DNA of 64,000 bases from an uncultured Gammaproteobacteria bacterium (lineage in GTDB: Bacteria > Pseudomonadota > Gammaproteobacteria > UBA9214), in the NCBI GenBank assembly GCA_963763115.1, contig CAVXNM010000058.1, positions 7,856 to 71,855 of the forward strand, given 5' to 3'. The position numbers and the translations under genes are program-made. Below, in pieces: positions 18,132 through 27,469 of this stretch. The notes under the pieces were generated by a model. That model did no database searches. It had not been told where the DNA came from and saw only the letters and a list, made by a program, of their open reading frames with translations. Positions within the stretch are counted from its first letter, which is position 1. Every line of letters starts with the position of its first letter.

Positions 18132-18592
18132 ATGCCGGTTGAATGGCGGTATAGCGTCGCCGTCGGACGGCTGCCCGGGGATTTGCCCGCCATTCAGGAC
18201 GTACGTCGTCAGGTGTTCATCGTAGAACAGGGCATACCCGCATACCTTGAATGGGACGGGCAGGATACTGCCTGCCATCACGTGCTGGCGACCGATCCCC
18301 GACAGGCGGCCATCGGCACGGGACGCCTGGATCCCCGTGGCCGCATCGGTCGCATGGCGGTGCTGCCATCCTGGCGTTCACACGGCGTCGGTCGTGCCCT
18401 GCTCGATGTCCTGCCGCACTCGCCCGCGTCCAGGGTCACCGTGAGGTGGTGGTGCATGCCCAGTGTGCCGTGGCCGGTTTTTACCGCAAGGCGGGCTTCC
18501 GGGAACAGGGCCAACCCTTCACGGAGGCCGGAATCGAGCACCAGAAAATGGTAAAAATGCTCGCCAGCGGTAATAATGAAAAAAACCGGTGA
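18132..18592 (+). pseudogene. GNAT family N-acetyltransferase interrupted by a 1-nt frameshift near 18413
   Basis: Frame A (18132..) gives ..GRIGRMAVLPSWRSHGVGRALLDVL, the acetyl-CoA motif, then nonsense. Frame B (to 18592) continues AALARVQGHREVVVHAQCAVAGFYRKAGFREQGQPFTEAGIEHQKMVKML. Restoring one G in CTG(G)CCGCA joins them into one roughly 150-aa GNAT. Confidence 0.6.
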
Positions 18593-18610
18593 ATCAGGGG
18601 GTACCGAAAA

Positions 18611-19165
18611 ATGGCCAAGTCAGAACACCGCAAGGCCGGCAAGAGGGCCGCGCAACTCAGGATCGATGATCTGCGACTGGGAGAAACCAGTCTGGTGTTC
18701 GAGGTTGAAAGACTCACCGAGGCCAGTGCGGTGGCACACGCGCTCGCCGCCCAGGCTCAGCGCACCTTGCTGTTGCACACCGAGGATCTCGAACCCGCTA
18801 TCTACGATGAAAGCGCCTTTCTGGATGCAGTCAGCCGGCTCGCTCGCGCCCACAGCCAGTCACGCATCTGGATCCTGATCCACGATGCCCGCAAGGTGAT
18901 ACAGCATGGCCACCGCCTGATCGAGACCGCGCGGCGCCTGAGTTCCGCTATCCAGCTGCGTCGCCCTGCACCGCAATACCGCAACTATCACGAGTCTTTA
19001 CTCCTGGCGGATGGCTGCGGCTACCTGCACCGGCCGATAGCCGCACGCTACGAAGGCACCGCCAACTTCCATGATCCAGGCAAGGTGGCGGATTTTGAGA
19101 AATACTTCATGGAGGTCTGGGAACGCAGTGAGCCCGATGAAGAAATAAAGCGCCTGTATCTGTAG
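18611..19165 (+). CDS. hypothetical protein
   Basis: 184 aa ORF with coding-like composition. No family recognised. Confidence 0.5.
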   Translation: MAKSEHRKAGKRAAQLRIDDLRLGETSLVFEVERLTEASAVAHALAAQAQRTLLLHTEDLEPAIYDESAFLDAVSRLARAHSQSRIWILIHDARKVIQHGHRLIETARRLSSAIQLRRPAPQYRNYHESLLLADGCGYLHRPIAARYEGTANFHDPGKVADFEKYFMEVWERSEPDEEIKRLYL

Positions 19166-19242
19166 ATACTACGCGCTTGTCATTCGACAACCAGGGCTCC
19201 TGGAAGGGATGGCGCTTACAGAAGCCGAAAGCGTGGTAAATT

Positions 19243-19305
19243 GCCACGGAAGACACGGACATTATTCACTGAATCATCCGTGTTTTTTCCGTGTGTTTCC
19301 GTGGC
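19243..19305. repeat. REP/MITE-like palindromic element (CCACGGAA-type)
   Basis: GCCACGGAAGACACGGA (19243-19259) is the inverted complement of TCCGTGTGTTTCCGTGGC (19288-19305). An extra TCCGTGTTTTTT copy lies inside. Intergenic between convergent genes, so it may double as a terminator. Confidence 0.5.
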
Positions 19306-19356
19306 CATAGGGATGCCATCAGGGATGACGCGTGTTAAACGAGTACCATTATGCTA

Positions 19357-19866
19357 TCAGGGGAAGGCCGGGATGACCGGCTCGGTACCCTCGATTTCAG
19401 CTTCCGGATGATGCGACTTGACCAGATCCGAGATTTCCTGCACGCGGACTTTGGGCACATCCACCATCATCATCAGGTTACCCTTCTCGATCGCCGCCTC
19501 GAATTCCTTAAGCCGTGAACTCGGCGCCGAGACGCCGATCATGCCGGAGATCCAGGCGCCGACGCCCGCACCCGCCAGACCGATGCCGAGTATCGCACCG
19601 CCCGCCAGGGCCACCCCGCCGAGGGTAATCGCCGCGATGCCTGCCACGACGCCGGTCGCTCCGCCGATGGCAAGCCCCCGCTCAACCGCCGGAACAAAAT
19701 CGCTTTCCTGCAACAGATTCGCTTCCGGTAAATGGGCCTCCGACAAGGCATGGTGGTCGGAGGCGGCAATATGGATATGGCGTTCCTCGATTCGGGCGAG
19801 CAGCAGTTCATCCACGATGGTCTTCGCGCTCTCGACGCTGGGCAGCAGAAAATAAAGTCTCCTCAT
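19357..19866 (-). CDS. membrane protein with glycine-zipper segment (DUF1269-like)
   Basis: 169 aa; central GLAIGGATGVVAGIAAITLGGVALAGGAILGIGLAGAGVGAWISGMIG hydrophobic Gly-rich region. Confidence 0.55.
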   Translation of the reverse strand: MRRLYFLLPSVESAKTIVDELLLARIEERHIHIAASDHHALSEAHLPEANLLQESDFVPAVERGLAIGGATGVVAGIAAITLGGVALAGGAILGIGLAGAGVGAWISGMIGVSAPSSRLKEFEAAIEKGNLMMMVDVPKVRVQEISDLVKSHHPEAEIEGTEPVIPAFP

Positions 19867-20005
19867 TTACCTCACTCCTTCTCATATGGGTTCAAAGTAA
19901 ATTCACAAAAGTCCTTGATATTATTGGCTGATCATTACACTTTTATAGAACAGGACGCGCTATTTTGCCAGACACCACGAACAATGTGACCCACCGGACA
20001 ACAAA

Positions 20006-20692
20006 TTATTTTTTAATTGCCGCTCGGTGCCGGACCGCACTGGCCCTCACGGCCGGATTGCCCGAACCGGCGGCCAGTCTGATGGCTTCGTGGAGCCGCC
20101 GGTAATCATCCGGCGTATCCACGTCCGCGCGCTCGCGCAGGCGCAACCAATCCATGTCAAGCTGCTGCAGACGAGCGAGCGTTTCCTGAAAGACCATTGA
20201 AGTTCCCCAGCTTATCCCCTCAAACAACCGCCAGTTGGGTTGTTTCAATCCGATCAGGTAATAGCCGCCATCCCGGGCCGGGCCCATGACGGCATCCTTG
20301 CCCTGTTGCAGCGCCTGTAATGCCGCATCGAGATCCGCCGCCTCGATCGAGGGTATATCGGTTCCGATAAGGACGGCCGATTCGGCACGGGCAAGGGCCG
20401 AACCCAGGGCCTTGTGCATGCGTTCCCCCAGTCCGCCCGGCGCCTGATCATACAACTTGACGCCATAACGTTCACGACAATCCTGGAAAAACGGGTCATG
20501 ACACGACGGTGCACACCATAGCTCGACCGGACACAGACCGGCTCGCGTCACCGTCTGCAGACAGTGGTGAATCAGGCAAGCGTGAAAAACGGCCGCGCCC
20601 TGCGCGCCAAGCTGCGGTATCAGCCGGGTCTTGACCTGTCCCGCGCGGGGCGTCCGGGTGAAGACGAGTAATCGTGAGACCGGATGATTCAT
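20006..20692 (-). CDS. DUF2064 / TIGR04282-type glycosyltransferase-like protein (rSAM/arsenosugar-cluster associated)
   Basis: Start at MNHPVSRLLVFTRTPRAGQVKTRL (ATGA overlap with the upstream gene). The pattern LVFTRxPxxGxVKTRL is typical of DUF2064. Family number is from memory. Confidence 0.65.
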   Translation of the reverse strand: MNHPVSRLLVFTRTPRAGQVKTRLIPQLGAQGAAVFHACLIHHCLQTVTRAGLCPVELWCAPSCHDPFFQDCRERYGVKLYDQAPGGLGERMHKALGSALARAESAVLIGTDIPSIEAADLDAALQALQQGKDAVMGPARDGGYYLIGLKQPNWRLFEGISWGTSMVFQETLARLQQLDMDWLRLRERADVDTPDDYRRLHEAIRLAAGSGNPAVRASAVRHRAAIKK

Positions 20693-21453
20693 GCCCGGTG
20701 GGGCTTGTAGAACTGTGCCAGCCGTGCCGGCGATGCCCCGAGGAAATATGCCAGACGCAGCGACCACATGACCAGGATGGTGCGCAGGGTGCCCTGCACC
20801 TGCCAGCGTCGTGCGGAGGTGATGAGCTTGTCATGAAGGCAGGCCGGCCGTGAATGGTGCTTCAACCGGCGGCTGAGCGCGATGTCCTCCATCAGCGGTA
20901 TTTGCGGATATCCGTTGACGCGCTCAAACAGCTCACGGGTAACGAAAATACCCTGGTCGCCGGTGGCGATCCCGGTCAGGCGTGAACGCAGGTTCATGAG
21001 GGTCGCCACCACCCTGAGCAACAGGCCGGCTTGCGGGAAGCGCACATCGAATCGCCCCCAGTGGTGGTCGCCAAAGCCCAGCGCCGTGGCGATGGCTAGA
21101 TCCGCGTCCCGGGGTGCCAGCGAGTCGGCATGCAGGAACCACAAAACCGATCCGCGCGCCAGTGCCGCACCGGCCTGCATCTGCCGGGCACGACCGGTGG
21201 CGGCAACGATGACCCGGTCAGCCAGCGGCGTACACACCGCCACGGTACCGTCGGCGCTACCGCCATCGGCAACGATGATCTCGAGGCCTCGCCCGCGCAT
21301 GTCCTGCAGCGCTCGCAGCGTGGCCGCAATGCCGTCGGCCTCATTGAGCGCCGGCAGGATGAGTGAGATCTCTATCGGATCAGCAGCAGCCTTCATGACC
21401 GGTTTTCCGCTCGCCGTGCGGCGTGACATCGACCGCCTGTATCGCAGGCGCAC
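20689..21453 (-). CDS. family-2 glycosyltransferase, TIGR04283-type (rSAM/arsenosugar-cluster associated)
   Basis: ISLILPALNEADGIAATLRALQ..LEIIVADGGSADGT.. GT-A fold N-terminus. The start is ambiguous (GTG 21453, ATG 21429 or ATG 21396). All three candidates overlap the arsM 3' end (21380). Confidence 0.65.
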   Translation of the reverse strand: MRLRYRRSMSRRTASGKPVMKAAADPIEISLILPALNEADGIAATLRALQDMRGRGLEIIVADGGSADGTVAVCTPLADRVIVAATGRARQMQAGAALARGSVLWFLHADSLAPRDADLAIATALGFGDHHWGRFDVRFPQAGLLLRVVATLMNLRSRLTGIATGDQGIFVTRELFERVNGYPQIPLMEDIALSRRLKHHSRPACLHDKLITSARRWQVQGTLRTILVMWSLRLAYFLGASPARLAQFYKPHRA

Positions 21454-22486
21454 AACAGGACGTAGAGGCCGCGGGCAGTTCAGCCTGCGGATCGATAAAC
21501 GCGCCCTGATAGGCGGTGCCCATCAGGCCCGCGTGCTGAACCGCGGTCACACGGCTGCGTTCACCGCGCACGTGGCGTTGACCGGCATCATCGATGACTG
21601 CGGCAAAGGGTCCACGGTAGATTAGCGACCGATGTTCCGGGTGCGCCTCCTCCGTCATACCCTTGCAGGCAGTCAAGGTCACCGCGTGGAACTCGATCCC
21701 CTCCACCACCCGCCAGGGCTGCACCTCCCATTTGTCATAGCACACGGCATGAAAATCGTTGTCGGCGAATGTGCGCAGGAATTCGCTGTCCTGGAAGGCG
21801 CCGGCGATACAGCCGCTCCATAATTCGGCATCCTGTTTCAGCGCTGCCGGGATCGGCCGGTCGCTGACAATATCGGAAACCGCGATGCGCCCACCGGGCT
21901 TGAGCACACGGAAGATTTCCCGAACCATCTGCTCCTTCTCCTCATCGGAAACCAGGTTCAGTACGCAGTTCGAAATAACCAGATCGACAGAGGCATCCGC
22001 TATCAGGGGATGCTCCCGCCGCTGGCGGGCCTCCCATGCCCTGAGTCCGGTATAGCCCTGCCGGTCGACGACCGGATGTTCCCGCAGATACCAATCGAGG
22101 GATTCGACGTCCAGCGCGAGGTCCTGGATATAGCCCTTCAGAAAGCGGACGCGATCCCCTCCGAGCTTCCTCGCCATGTCGGCCTGGTACTTGCGCGCCA
22201 GCGCCAGCATGTCGTCATTCATGTCCACCCCGATAACCTGTCCCTGCGGCCCAACCAACTGCGCCGCCATGTAACAGTTCTTGCCGCCGCCACTGCCGAG
22301 GTCGAGCACAACATCACCCGTCCGCACGTAACGCGACGGGTCGCCGCAGCCGTAATCCCTGGCGATGATCTCCTCCGGCAACGCCGCCAGCAGGCCGGGG
22401 TCATAGTCTACCGGGCAGCATAGCGCCTCCTGCCGAGCCAGGGCACCCTGCGTATAACGCTCCCTCACCGTGCTTTCAATGTTCAT
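21380..22486 (-). CDS. arsM: arsenite S-adenosylmethionine methyltransferase-like protein
   Basis: 368 aa; SAM motif VVLDLGSGGGKNCY. Cys residues at ArsM-like positions (EALCCPVDY, DYGCGDP, WSGCIAGA), Cys-rich C-terminal tail ending GHEGCC. Confidence 0.7.
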   Translation of the reverse strand: MNIESTVRERYTQGALARQEALCCPVDYDPGLLAALPEEIIARDYGCGDPSRYVRTGDVVLDLGSGGGKNCYMAAQLVGPQGQVIGVDMNDDMLALARKYQADMARKLGGDRVRFLKGYIQDLALDVESLDWYLREHPVVDRQGYTGLRAWEARQRREHPLIADASVDLVISNCVLNLVSDEEKEQMVREIFRVLKPGGRIAVSDIVSDRPIPAALKQDAELWSGCIAGAFQDSEFLRTFADNDFHAVCYDKWEVQPWRVVEGIEFHAVTLTACKGMTEEAHPEHRSLIYRGPFAAVIDDAGQRHVRGERSRVTAVQHAGLMGTAYQGAFIDPQAELPAASTSCCAPAIQAVDVTPHGERKTGHEGCC

Positions 22487-22620
22487 TGCGATACCTCACC
22501 CATGTCTGAAGCTTGCATCTGTGATCGAATGGCCACGGAGACGCACGAAATCATCACCATTAAATTTTTCCATGTGCTTCCGAGACCATACTGACGAGTT
22601 AATCAAGGCCTCCTGGATAA

Positions 22621-23586
22621 TCAACCGGTCAGGGCGCCGCCGCAGCTTGAGCCCTGACCCGCGGTGCAGGCGTAACAGTGATCAGCCACCCGGATACGAT
22701 TACCGGTCAGATTCTTGCCACCCAAACAGGAGATGTGGGTTTTCGGGGCGCCGTCGATCGGCGCGGCCAGACCGAGCATCTGGTTGAAATCGCAGTCGTA
22801 GGCGTAGCCTTCCCAGTCGATGCTGAGCAGCGTGCGACACATGACGCCGGCGAGATTCTCGTCACGGTGCGCGTCACGCAGCAGGTCCATGTAGCCGGCA
22901 AATTCTCCCCGGGTCACCAGCGTGCTGCCGAAGCGATTGATCGGCATATTGGCCAGGGTCAACAGGTGATTGAACACGATGTGGTAATGATCATCCAGGT
23001 AGCGACGGTAGTCGCGCTCGAGGTCCTGCTGGGGGGGAGGCAGAACGGGGCCCTGTGGATTGTAGACCAGGTTGAGGATCAGAGCGGAGTCGGATAGTCC
23101 GTACCCCAGCCGATTCAGCAGGCGCAGGGCTTCAAGGCTGTGTTCATAGACACCTTCGCCGCGCTGATTGTCTACATTTTCTTTTAAATAACATGGCAAT
23201 GAGGCAACTACTTCGACCTTGTTATCAGCCAGGAATCCGGCGGTATCTTCCTGCCCGGGTTCCAGCAGTACGGTCAGATTACAGCGATCGATCACCCGGA
23301 TGCCCTGACTGCGCGCAGCACGCACCAGCCGACGGAAACCGGGATTGAGTTCCGGGGCACCGCCGGTCAGATCGAGGCTGCGGATATCGGAGTCAGCCAG
23401 GTAGCGGATGACCTCATCCACGGTTGCCGCACTCATCATCTCCCTGCGTGTGGGGCCTGCATTGACGTGGCAATGCAAACAGGATTGGTTGCAGCGATAA
23501 CCCAGGTTGACCTGCAGCGTTTCCAGCCGGTCGCGACGAATGTCGGGGAAGTCGCTGTGCAGCAGCAATTGCAATGTGGCATGCAT
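22621..23586 (-). CDS. arsS: radical SAM / Cys-rich-domain protein ArsS (arsenosugar biosynthesis type)
   Basis: 321 aa; radical-SAM CNQSCLHC motif in NLGYRCNQSCLHCHVNAGP, C-terminal HCYACTAGQGSSCGGAL tail characteristic of the rSAM/selenodomain (ArsS) family. Confidence 0.75.
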   Translation of the reverse strand: MHATLQLLLHSDFPDIRRDRLETLQVNLGYRCNQSCLHCHVNAGPTRREMMSAATVDEVIRYLADSDIRSLDLTGGAPELNPGFRRLVRAARSQGIRVIDRCNLTVLLEPGQEDTAGFLADNKVEVVASLPCYLKENVDNQRGEGVYEHSLEALRLLNRLGYGLSDSALILNLVYNPQGPVLPPPQQDLERDYRRYLDDHYHIVFNHLLTLANMPINRFGSTLVTRGEFAGYMDLLRDAHRDENLAGVMCRTLLSIDWEGYAYDCDFNQMLGLAAPIDGAPKTHISCLGGKNLTGNRIRVADHCYACTAGQGSSCGGALTG

Positions 23587-23632
23587 GAGAAGTGGCTCCG
23601 TCAGTTTTGTTGTTTGCCGGTCCGCGTGAGTA

Positions 23633-25078
23633 TCACGGCAGCAGGCGGTTGATCAGCCGTGCCAGCAGGCGTGCCTTGCCGGAATAGAGCCGCGGCGAGT
23701 AGCGCGCATTGATAGCGCGCCGGTGGATCTGTGAAAGCGTCGGATAGGCATGGATCAGGCGGCTGATGTCCCCTGCTTTCGCTTTGACCTTCATGGCCAG
23801 CGCCAGTTCATGTATCAATTCACCGGCATGCGCGCCGACGAGACTCGCCCCCGCCACCCGGCCGCGGGCAATCAGGATCTTGATAAATCCCTCACCGACG
23901 CCATCCGTGATGGCGCGGTCGATTTCATTGATCGGGAAACGGGCGACTTCATAGTGAAGTCCCTGCGCCTGCGCCTGCTGCTCGGTCAGGCCAACCTGGG
24001 CAGCCTCGGGATCGGTGTAGGTGACGCTCGGAATTACCCGGTAGTCGACCTTGCGCGGCACCCTGAACAACAGGCTGGCGAGAACGATGCCGGCCTGGTA
24101 TTCCGCCATGTGGGTGAACTGGTAAGGCCCGCACACATCCCCGACGGCATAAATATGCGGCTGGCTGGTGCGCAGTCGCGCATCGACCACCACCGCTTTG
24201 GCGTTGTGTTCCACCCCGGCCTCGTCGAGTCCCAGTCCGAAAACGGCCGGGCGCCGTCCGGCGGCCACGAGTATTCGTTCGCATTCGACGCTCGCGCCGT
24301 TGGTGAGAAACAACTGGCGGCTGTCACCGTCCCGCCTGGCATTCTCCACCTGGCAGGACAGGTGCAGGGTGATGCCCTCGTCTTCCAGCACCTGGCGAAG
24401 CACGGCAGAGACCTCGCCGTCGGCCATGGGCAGGACCCGATCGGCAGACTCGATGATCGTCACCCGGCTGCCGAGCCGGGCAAATGCCTGCGCCAGTTCG
24501 ACGCCGACCGGTCCGCCGCCGATGACGGCCAGTCGGAGAGGCAGTTCCCGGCGCTTGAAGATGGTTTCGTTGGTGTCGTAGCCAACTTCGGCGATTCCCG
24601 GGATCGGCGGAACAACCGGCTGCGAACCGGTCGCGATCACGAAACGTTTGCTCCGGATGACTTCCTCGTTGACGCTGATCTCATGGGAATTGAGGAAGCG
24701 GGCCGCACCGAAGCGCACATCGCAACCGTAGCCGCGAAAGCGCTCGGGATCATCGTGCTGCTGGATATGGGCGATGACGCTGTCGACCCGGTCCAGCACC
24801 CGGTTGATGTCGATTTCCGGATCGCAGGCGGTCAGACCAACCTGGGCGGCCTGGCGCATCCGGTGCGCCAGCTTTGCGGTATTGATTAGCGTCTTGCTGG
24901 GCACGCAGCCGCTGTGCAGGCAGTCTCCGCCGAGATGTTCAGATTTCTCGATCAGCGTTACCCGCAGGCCCAGCTGTCCGGTCACGCTCGCGATGACCAA
25001 ACCGCCCGGACCACCGCCGATTACTGCCACGTCCTGTTTCCTGCTCACCGGTCTTTCCTGTTTTCGTTCCGGTCCCAA
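23633..25078 (-). CDS. class-I pyridine nucleotide-disulfide oxidoreductase (dihydrolipoamide dehydrogenase / mercuric reductase family)
   Basis: 481 aa; VAVIGGGPGGLVIA FAD motif, redox-active GGDCLHSGCVPSK, second Rossmann LAVIGGGPVGVELA, C-terminal dimerisation domain with HAYPTLS. Confidence 0.8.
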   Translation of the reverse strand: MGPERKQERPVSRKQDVAVIGGGPGGLVIASVTGQLGLRVTLIEKSEHLGGDCLHSGCVPSKTLINTAKLAHRMRQAAQVGLTACDPEIDINRVLDRVDSVIAHIQQHDDPERFRGYGCDVRFGAARFLNSHEISVNEEVIRSKRFVIATGSQPVVPPIPGIAEVGYDTNETIFKRRELPLRLAVIGGGPVGVELAQAFARLGSRVTIIESADRVLPMADGEVSAVLRQVLEDEGITLHLSCQVENARRDGDSRQLFLTNGASVECERILVAAGRRPAVFGLGLDEAGVEHNAKAVVVDARLRTSQPHIYAVGDVCGPYQFTHMAEYQAGIVLASLLFRVPRKVDYRVIPSVTYTDPEAAQVGLTEQQAQAQGLHYEVARFPINEIDRAITDGVGEGFIKILIARGRVAGASLVGAHAGELIHELALAMKVKAKAGDISRLIHAYPTLSQIHRRAINARYSPRLYSGKARLLARLINRLLP

Positions 25079-25917
25079 TGCCGGCGATTGATGGCGTAAT
25101 TGCCCAGTTTGCCGATCAACGGCATACCCAGCATACCGCGCAGGGTGATGCAGTGCGCGGCATCGCGAAAGGTATCGATGCCGATCACCATGGCTTCGTG
25201 TCCCTCCTGCGGCTGGTTTTGGTAGGTTCCAAACAGCCGGTCCCAGAGCGAGAGGTTGAAACCGAAATTGCTGTTGGTTTCATGGTCGAGGTGTGAGTGG
25301 TGCACACGGTGCATGTCGGGCGTCACGATCAGCCACCGCAGCACGGCATCGAGGGCGGCGGGCAGGCGCACATTACTGTGATTGAACATGGCGGTGGCGT
25401 TCAGCAACACCTCGAACACCACGACGGCGACGATCGGCGGCCCCAGCAGCACGATGACGGCGAACTTTATGAGCATGGAAAGCAGGATTTCAACCGGGTG
25501 AAACCGCGAACCGGTAGTGACATCGAAATCGAGATCGGCGTGGTGCACGCGGTGCAGGCGCCAGAACAGGGGCACGGCATGGAACATGACATGCTGCAGG
25601 TAAATGGCCCCGTCGAGGATGACCACCGAGGCGAGCAGCGCCAGCCAGTCGGGAGTCTCGATCCGGTTGAATAATCCCCAGCCGTTGAGTTTGGCAGTCG
25701 TCGCCATGCCCACTGCCGCCAGCGGAAACAACAACCGCAGCAGCGCCGTATTGAATACCACAAGTCCGAGGTTGTTGAACCAGCGTTGTGCTTTCGGTTG
25801 CGACAGCCGGCGGCGCGGCGCCAGCAGTTCCCAGACGGCCATGACGGCGAATACCCCCAGGAAGCAGGCCAGTCGGATGACCGGTTCGTGATTCAGGATG
25901 ACGTCATTCATGCGCAA
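25045..25917 (-). CDS. fatty acid hydroxylase / sterol desaturase family membrane protein
   Basis: 290 aa; histidine boxes HVMFH, HRVHHAD, HRVHHSH; several TM segments. 34-nt overlap with the downstream flavoprotein gene. Confidence 0.8.
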   Translation of the reverse strand: MRMNDVILNHEPVIRLACFLGVFAVMAVWELLAPRRRLSQPKAQRWFNNLGLVVFNTALLRLLFPLAAVGMATTAKLNGWGLFNRIETPDWLALLASVVILDGAIYLQHVMFHAVPLFWRLHRVHHADLDFDVTTGSRFHPVEILLSMLIKFAVIVLLGPPIVAVVVFEVLLNATAMFNHSNVRLPAALDAVLRWLIVTPDMHRVHHSHLDHETNSNFGFNLSLWDRLFGTYQNQPQEGHEAMVIGIDTFRDAAHCITLRGMLGMPLIGKLGNYAINRRHWDRNENRKDR

Positions 25918-26972
25918 ATTCTTTCAGCTCTCGCCGTTTCCTCTTCCGCACCGACGGCGCCCGCCGCCGCAAGCGCATGGAGGACGACATCGGGGCCCGC
26001 GCCCGCCCGAAGAGCGTGTTCACTCAGGTGCCGCCGCCACACGCGCGCACCGGGCACGCCCTGGAACAGCCCCAGCATGTGGCGGGTGATATGTTTGAGT
26101 TCGGTGCCCGCACTCAGTTCACGCTCGATATAGGGCAGCATGCGTTCCACAATGAGGGCACGATCCGGTACCGTACGCGGGTCAGCGAAGAAGCGGGCAT
26201 CGACGCGTGAAAGCACATAGGGGTTATGGTAGGCTTCACGGCCCAGCATGACCCCATCCACGTGTCCGAGATGCACGGCCGCCTCATCCAGTTGCCGGAT
26301 GCCGCCGTTCAGGACGATTGTCAGCCCGGGGAACTCGTTTTTCAGACGGTAGACAACATCGTATCTCAGCGGCGGAATACTGCGGTTCTCCTTCGGGCTC
26401 AGCCCCTTCAGGATGGCCTTGCGTGCATGCACGATGAACGTGCGGCAGCCGGCCCCGGCCAGACGTTCCACGAAGGCGGCCAACGCCACGTAACTGTCCT
26501 GATCGTCGATGCCGATGCGGGTCTTGACTGTAACCGGGACGGCCACCGAGGTGGTCATGGCCGCCACGCAGTCGGCCACCTGTTCGGGTTCCGCCATCAG
26601 GCAGGCGCCGAAACGCCCGGAGCGCACCCGGTCACTGGGACAGCCCAGGTTCAGATTGATCTCGTCGTACCCGTACGCCTCGCCCAAACGGGCCGCCTGC
26701 GCCAGTTCGACCGGATCGCTGCCGCCAAGCTGCAAGGCCAGCGGGTGCTCCGCGGGATGAAAACCCAGCAACCGTTCGGAATCGCCACGCAGCAGCGCGG
26801 CACTGGTCAGCATTTCACAGTAAAGCCGGCAATGACAGGAAATCTGGCGCAGAAAATACCGGCAGTGGCGGTCGGTCCACTCCATCATCGGCGCCACTGA
26901 AAAACATCGTTCGGTTGTGCTGTTAATGTTTCCTGCTCCGCAGCCGAGACCCGTATCACACGTATGCGTCAC
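25908..26972 (-). CDS. dusA: tRNA dihydrouridine(20/20a) synthase DusA
   Basis: 354 aa; FSVAPMMEWTDRHCRYFLR.. and ..EINLNLGCPSDRV.. motifs. 10-nt overlap with the desaturase-like gene. Confidence 0.85.
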   Translation of the reverse strand: MTHTCDTGLGCGAGNINSTTERCFSVAPMMEWTDRHCRYFLRQISCHCRLYCEMLTSAALLRGDSERLLGFHPAEHPLALQLGGSDPVELAQAARLGEAYGYDEINLNLGCPSDRVRSGRFGACLMAEPEQVADCVAAMTTSVAVPVTVKTRIGIDDQDSYVALAAFVERLAGAGCRTFIVHARKAILKGLSPKENRSIPPLRYDVVYRLKNEFPGLTIVLNGGIRQLDEAAVHLGHVDGVMLGREAYHNPYVLSRVDARFFADPRTVPDRALIVERMLPYIERELSAGTELKHITRHMLGLFQGVPGARVWRRHLSEHALRAGAGPDVVLHALAAAGAVGAEEETARAERICA

Positions 26973-27112
26973 GATACCGGTTACTCATTGCAATGAACAG
27001 GTGACCTGTGTCACGCATTTCAAAATTGCGCTTTTGTATTTTTACCTGTGGTGATATAGTCATGACGAGTGCCGGAATTCAGAAAATTATCCTGTTTACC
27101 AAGGAGTTAGCT

Positions 27113-27421
27113 ATGGATAGTACCCGCTCTGCGCTGTTTGCATTTTCGCTGGCCATCCTGTTTGCGGGACCTGCCTCCGCCGATACGCTGCTGATGGACA
27201 ACGTCCAGTCCGTGCCGCAGGTGGTCATGCCGCAAAGGGGCATGTCGATGGACGCCGTGCGTGCCGAATTCGGCAACCCGATGACGGAACACGCCCCGGT
27301 GCCAACCAACGACGGCCCGCTGCACCCGCCAATTACCCGCTGGGACTATGACGGCTACTCGGTGTTCTTCGAAAATAGCACGGTGTTGCACTCAGTCGTG
27401 ACGCACGCGCAAGCAGAGTAA
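27113..27421 (+). CDS. small secreted protein of unknown function
   Basis: 102 aa from ATG 27113 (AAGGAG 6 nt upstream); signal peptide MDSTRSALFAFSLAILFAGPASA/DT. Confidence 0.5.
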   Translation: MDSTRSALFAFSLAILFAGPASADTLLMDNVQSVPQVVMPQRGMSMDAVRAEFGNPMTEHAPVPTNDGPLHPPITRWDYDGYSVFFENSTVLHSVVTHAQAE

Positions 27422-27469
27422 GCCTCTCAACCCGCAAGCGGTTCCTGCCCACGCTGCCTGGCGCATGCC

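Noticed and set aside
22487-22620. 25-codon ORF (MEKFNGDDFVRLRGHSITDASFRHG) in the arsS-arsM spacer. Also the possibility of selenocysteine recoding in arsS or arsM, whose families include selenoproteins.
   Set aside because: The mini-ORF has only a weak SD and nothing to support it. Both arsS and arsM carry Cys codons at the tail positions and end at ordinary stops. There is no in-frame TGA followed by extended homology.
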